Assembly: GCA_963555755.3 (NCBI GenBank)
Contig: OY820905.2
Coordinates: 2,784,001-2,848,000, forward strand
Direction: 5' to 3'
Length of the DNA stretch: 64,000 nt
Source of the DNA: Nitrospirales bacterium
GTDB lineage: Bacteria; Nitrospirota; Nitrospiria; Nitrospirales; UBA8639
Shown here: piece by piece, positions 62,563-64,000 of the stretch
Numbering within the stretch: the stretch's first letter is position 1
How the letters are laid out: every line of letters starts with the position of its first letter
Program-made: the position numbers and the translations under genes
Notes under the pieces: model-generated
Database searches by the model: none
Told to the model about the DNA's origin: nothing
What the model saw: only the letters and a program-made list of their open reading frames with translations

Positions 62563-63189
62563 ATGAAAATCAATTCCGCCGAATTTGTTCAAAGTTGCGT
62601 AAAACCTGAACAATACCCACGTGAACGGTTGCCCGAGGTGGCGTTTGCGGGGCGATCCAATGTGGGAAAATCGTCCGCCATTAATTCGTTGTTGAATCGA
62701 AAAAAATTATCCAAAGTGAGCGTGACCCCAGGAAAGACACAGACGCTCAATTTTTTTCGAATCAAAATAGCGGATAAAGTCTTCCCACAAATGTATTTTG
62801 TGGATTTGCCAGGATACGGGTACGCGAAAGTGTCAAAGTCGGTTCGCGAGCAGTGGGGACCGATGATCGAACGTTATTTGTCCGGGCGGTCGCAATTGTT
62901 TGCGGTGGTACAATTGGTCGATTCTCGCGGAGTGGAAGCACATGATCTCACCACGTATCAATGGCTCACCCACATTGGCCACCAGCCGATTGTCGTGGCC
63001 ACGAAGGTCGACAAGCTCAATCGCAGTCAACGAAATCCCTGCCTGACGAAACTGTGCCAGTCGCTCCAATTATCGAGTGCTGACGAGGTGATTTTGTATT
63101 CCGCAAAAACCAATGAAGGCCGTCTGGAGCTCTGGAAAGCGCTGCGAAAACGAAGTGAAACGATTCAGGCTCACATGCAAGAGTTCTGA
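62563..63189 (+). CDS. engB: Ribosome biogenesis GTPase EngB/YihA
   Basis: GRSNVGKSS, PGKT, DLPGYG, TKVDK. Confidence 0.95.
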   Translation: MKINSAEFVQSCVKPEQYPRERLPEVAFAGRSNVGKSSAINSLLNRKKLSKVSVTPGKTQTLNFFRIKIADKVFPQMYFVDLPGYGYAKVSKSVREQWGPMIERYLSGRSQLFAVVQLVDSRGVEAHDLTTYQWLTHIGHQPIVVATKVDKLNRSQRNPCLTKLCQSLQLSSADEVILYSAKTNEGRLELWKALRKRSETIQAHMQEF

Positions 63190-63224
63190 AAGGGTAAGGA
63201 GAATGAGCGTTATTCAATGTGCCG

Positions 63225-64000
63225 CTAAAACTTAATCTCGATAAACGCCTTGTCCTTTAAGTTTGACAACCACTCTCCTCGTACATCGCGGGTTTTTCGT
63301 TGGAACAGGTTATTTTTGATTACGTCTTTGACTTCGTCAAATGGGAGTGGTTCCCCGGGGGTGGTTTCTTCCAACGTTAAAATGTGAATGCCGAGTTCGG
63401 TTTCAATAGGTTGACTTACGTCACCGATCTTCATGCCTTCCAGCGCGCGCGCTAATGGCCCTAATAATTCATTTTTCCGCATAAAGCCCAGATCTCCCCC
63501 AAGGACACTCTCGGTTCCTTCGGAGTGTTGCTGCGCCAATTCTGAAAAGTCTGTCCCATCTTTTAGTTGTTGCACGAGTGCTTCGGCTCGAACCAATACC
63601 TCCGTGCTGGATTCTCCATCCTGAGGCTTCAATAAAATTTGCCTGAGATGATATTGGCCTGGCGTCGTGAATTCCTCTTGGGCTGTGGTGTAATAACTGC
63701 GGACTTCCTCCGGTGAGACCATGAGGCGACGGCGAACTTCGAAGTCCAACATCCGGCGGAGGACCATTTCTTCACGAAGCCGTGATCGAGGTGTCGAGTC
63801 GGCTATCGTAGGTTGAGATTGACGTATTTGATCCAGAGCTTGGTCTAGTTCTTTTTCGGACACAGTGATCCCTTTGGCCCTTGCCTCCTGCAATTGGAGT
63901 TTGCGTTCGATAATTCGGTTTATGACGTCATATTCTTTCTGCGAGAGCCGCCGTTCGAGCTCTTCCCCGTCGTATCGAGCTCTGAGGCGAATGGTTTCAT
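63225..64000 (-). CDS. SurA-like parvulin peptidyl-prolyl isomerase (5' truncated)
   Basis: Frame open to the window end; FSELAQQHSE, GGDLG, VSQPIETELGIHIL. Confidence 0.85.
   Translation of the reverse strand, partial: ETIRLRARYDGEELERRLSQKEYDVINRIIERKLQLQEARAKGITVSEKELDQALDQIRQSQPTIADSTPRSRLREEMVLRRMLDFEVRRRLMVSPEEVRSYYTTAQEEFTTPGQYHLRQILLKPQDGESSTEVLVRAEALVQQLKDGTDFSELAQQHSEGTESVLGGDLGFMRKNELLGPLARALEGMKIGDVSQPIETELGIHILTLEETTPGEPLPFDEVKDVIKNNLFQRKTRDVRGEWLSNLKDKAFIEIKF

Overview
Bacterial chromosomal window, probably Nitrospirota/Nitrospirales (inferred from gene content and order, not a database result). The backbone is housekeeping: gpsA, larB/larC, pdxA-rsmB-rpe-pheS-pheT (archaeal-type PheRS), argD-F-G-H-lysA-dapA-dapB, gpmA, bamD, fabH, ispH, smc, a TPP-riboswitch thiC-thi4 operon, nadA, ileS-lspA, engB and a SurA-like gene. 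It also holds a partial IS4, a complete but frameshifted IS1595 (25-bp TIR, 8-bp DR) and a possible group II intron RT remnant. The unusual part is the intergenic DNA, with about 20 structured repeats in six families (my labels A-F). A, B, C, D and F have different terminal inverted repeats but a related AGG-hairpin-ACG core. They nest into one another, once with a visible target duplication. Family E (about 195 bp, 5 copies, covarying stems, no TIR) occurs only at the borders of two AT-richer accessory islands, in inward-facing pairs of distinguishable subtypes. These islands carry BrnT/BrnA, a split CapRel-like toxSAS-antitoxin pair and a membrane trypsin-like protease. This repeat-bracketed cargo arrangement is my best candidate for an undescribed system. 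No mobilising enzyme for it is encoded in the window.
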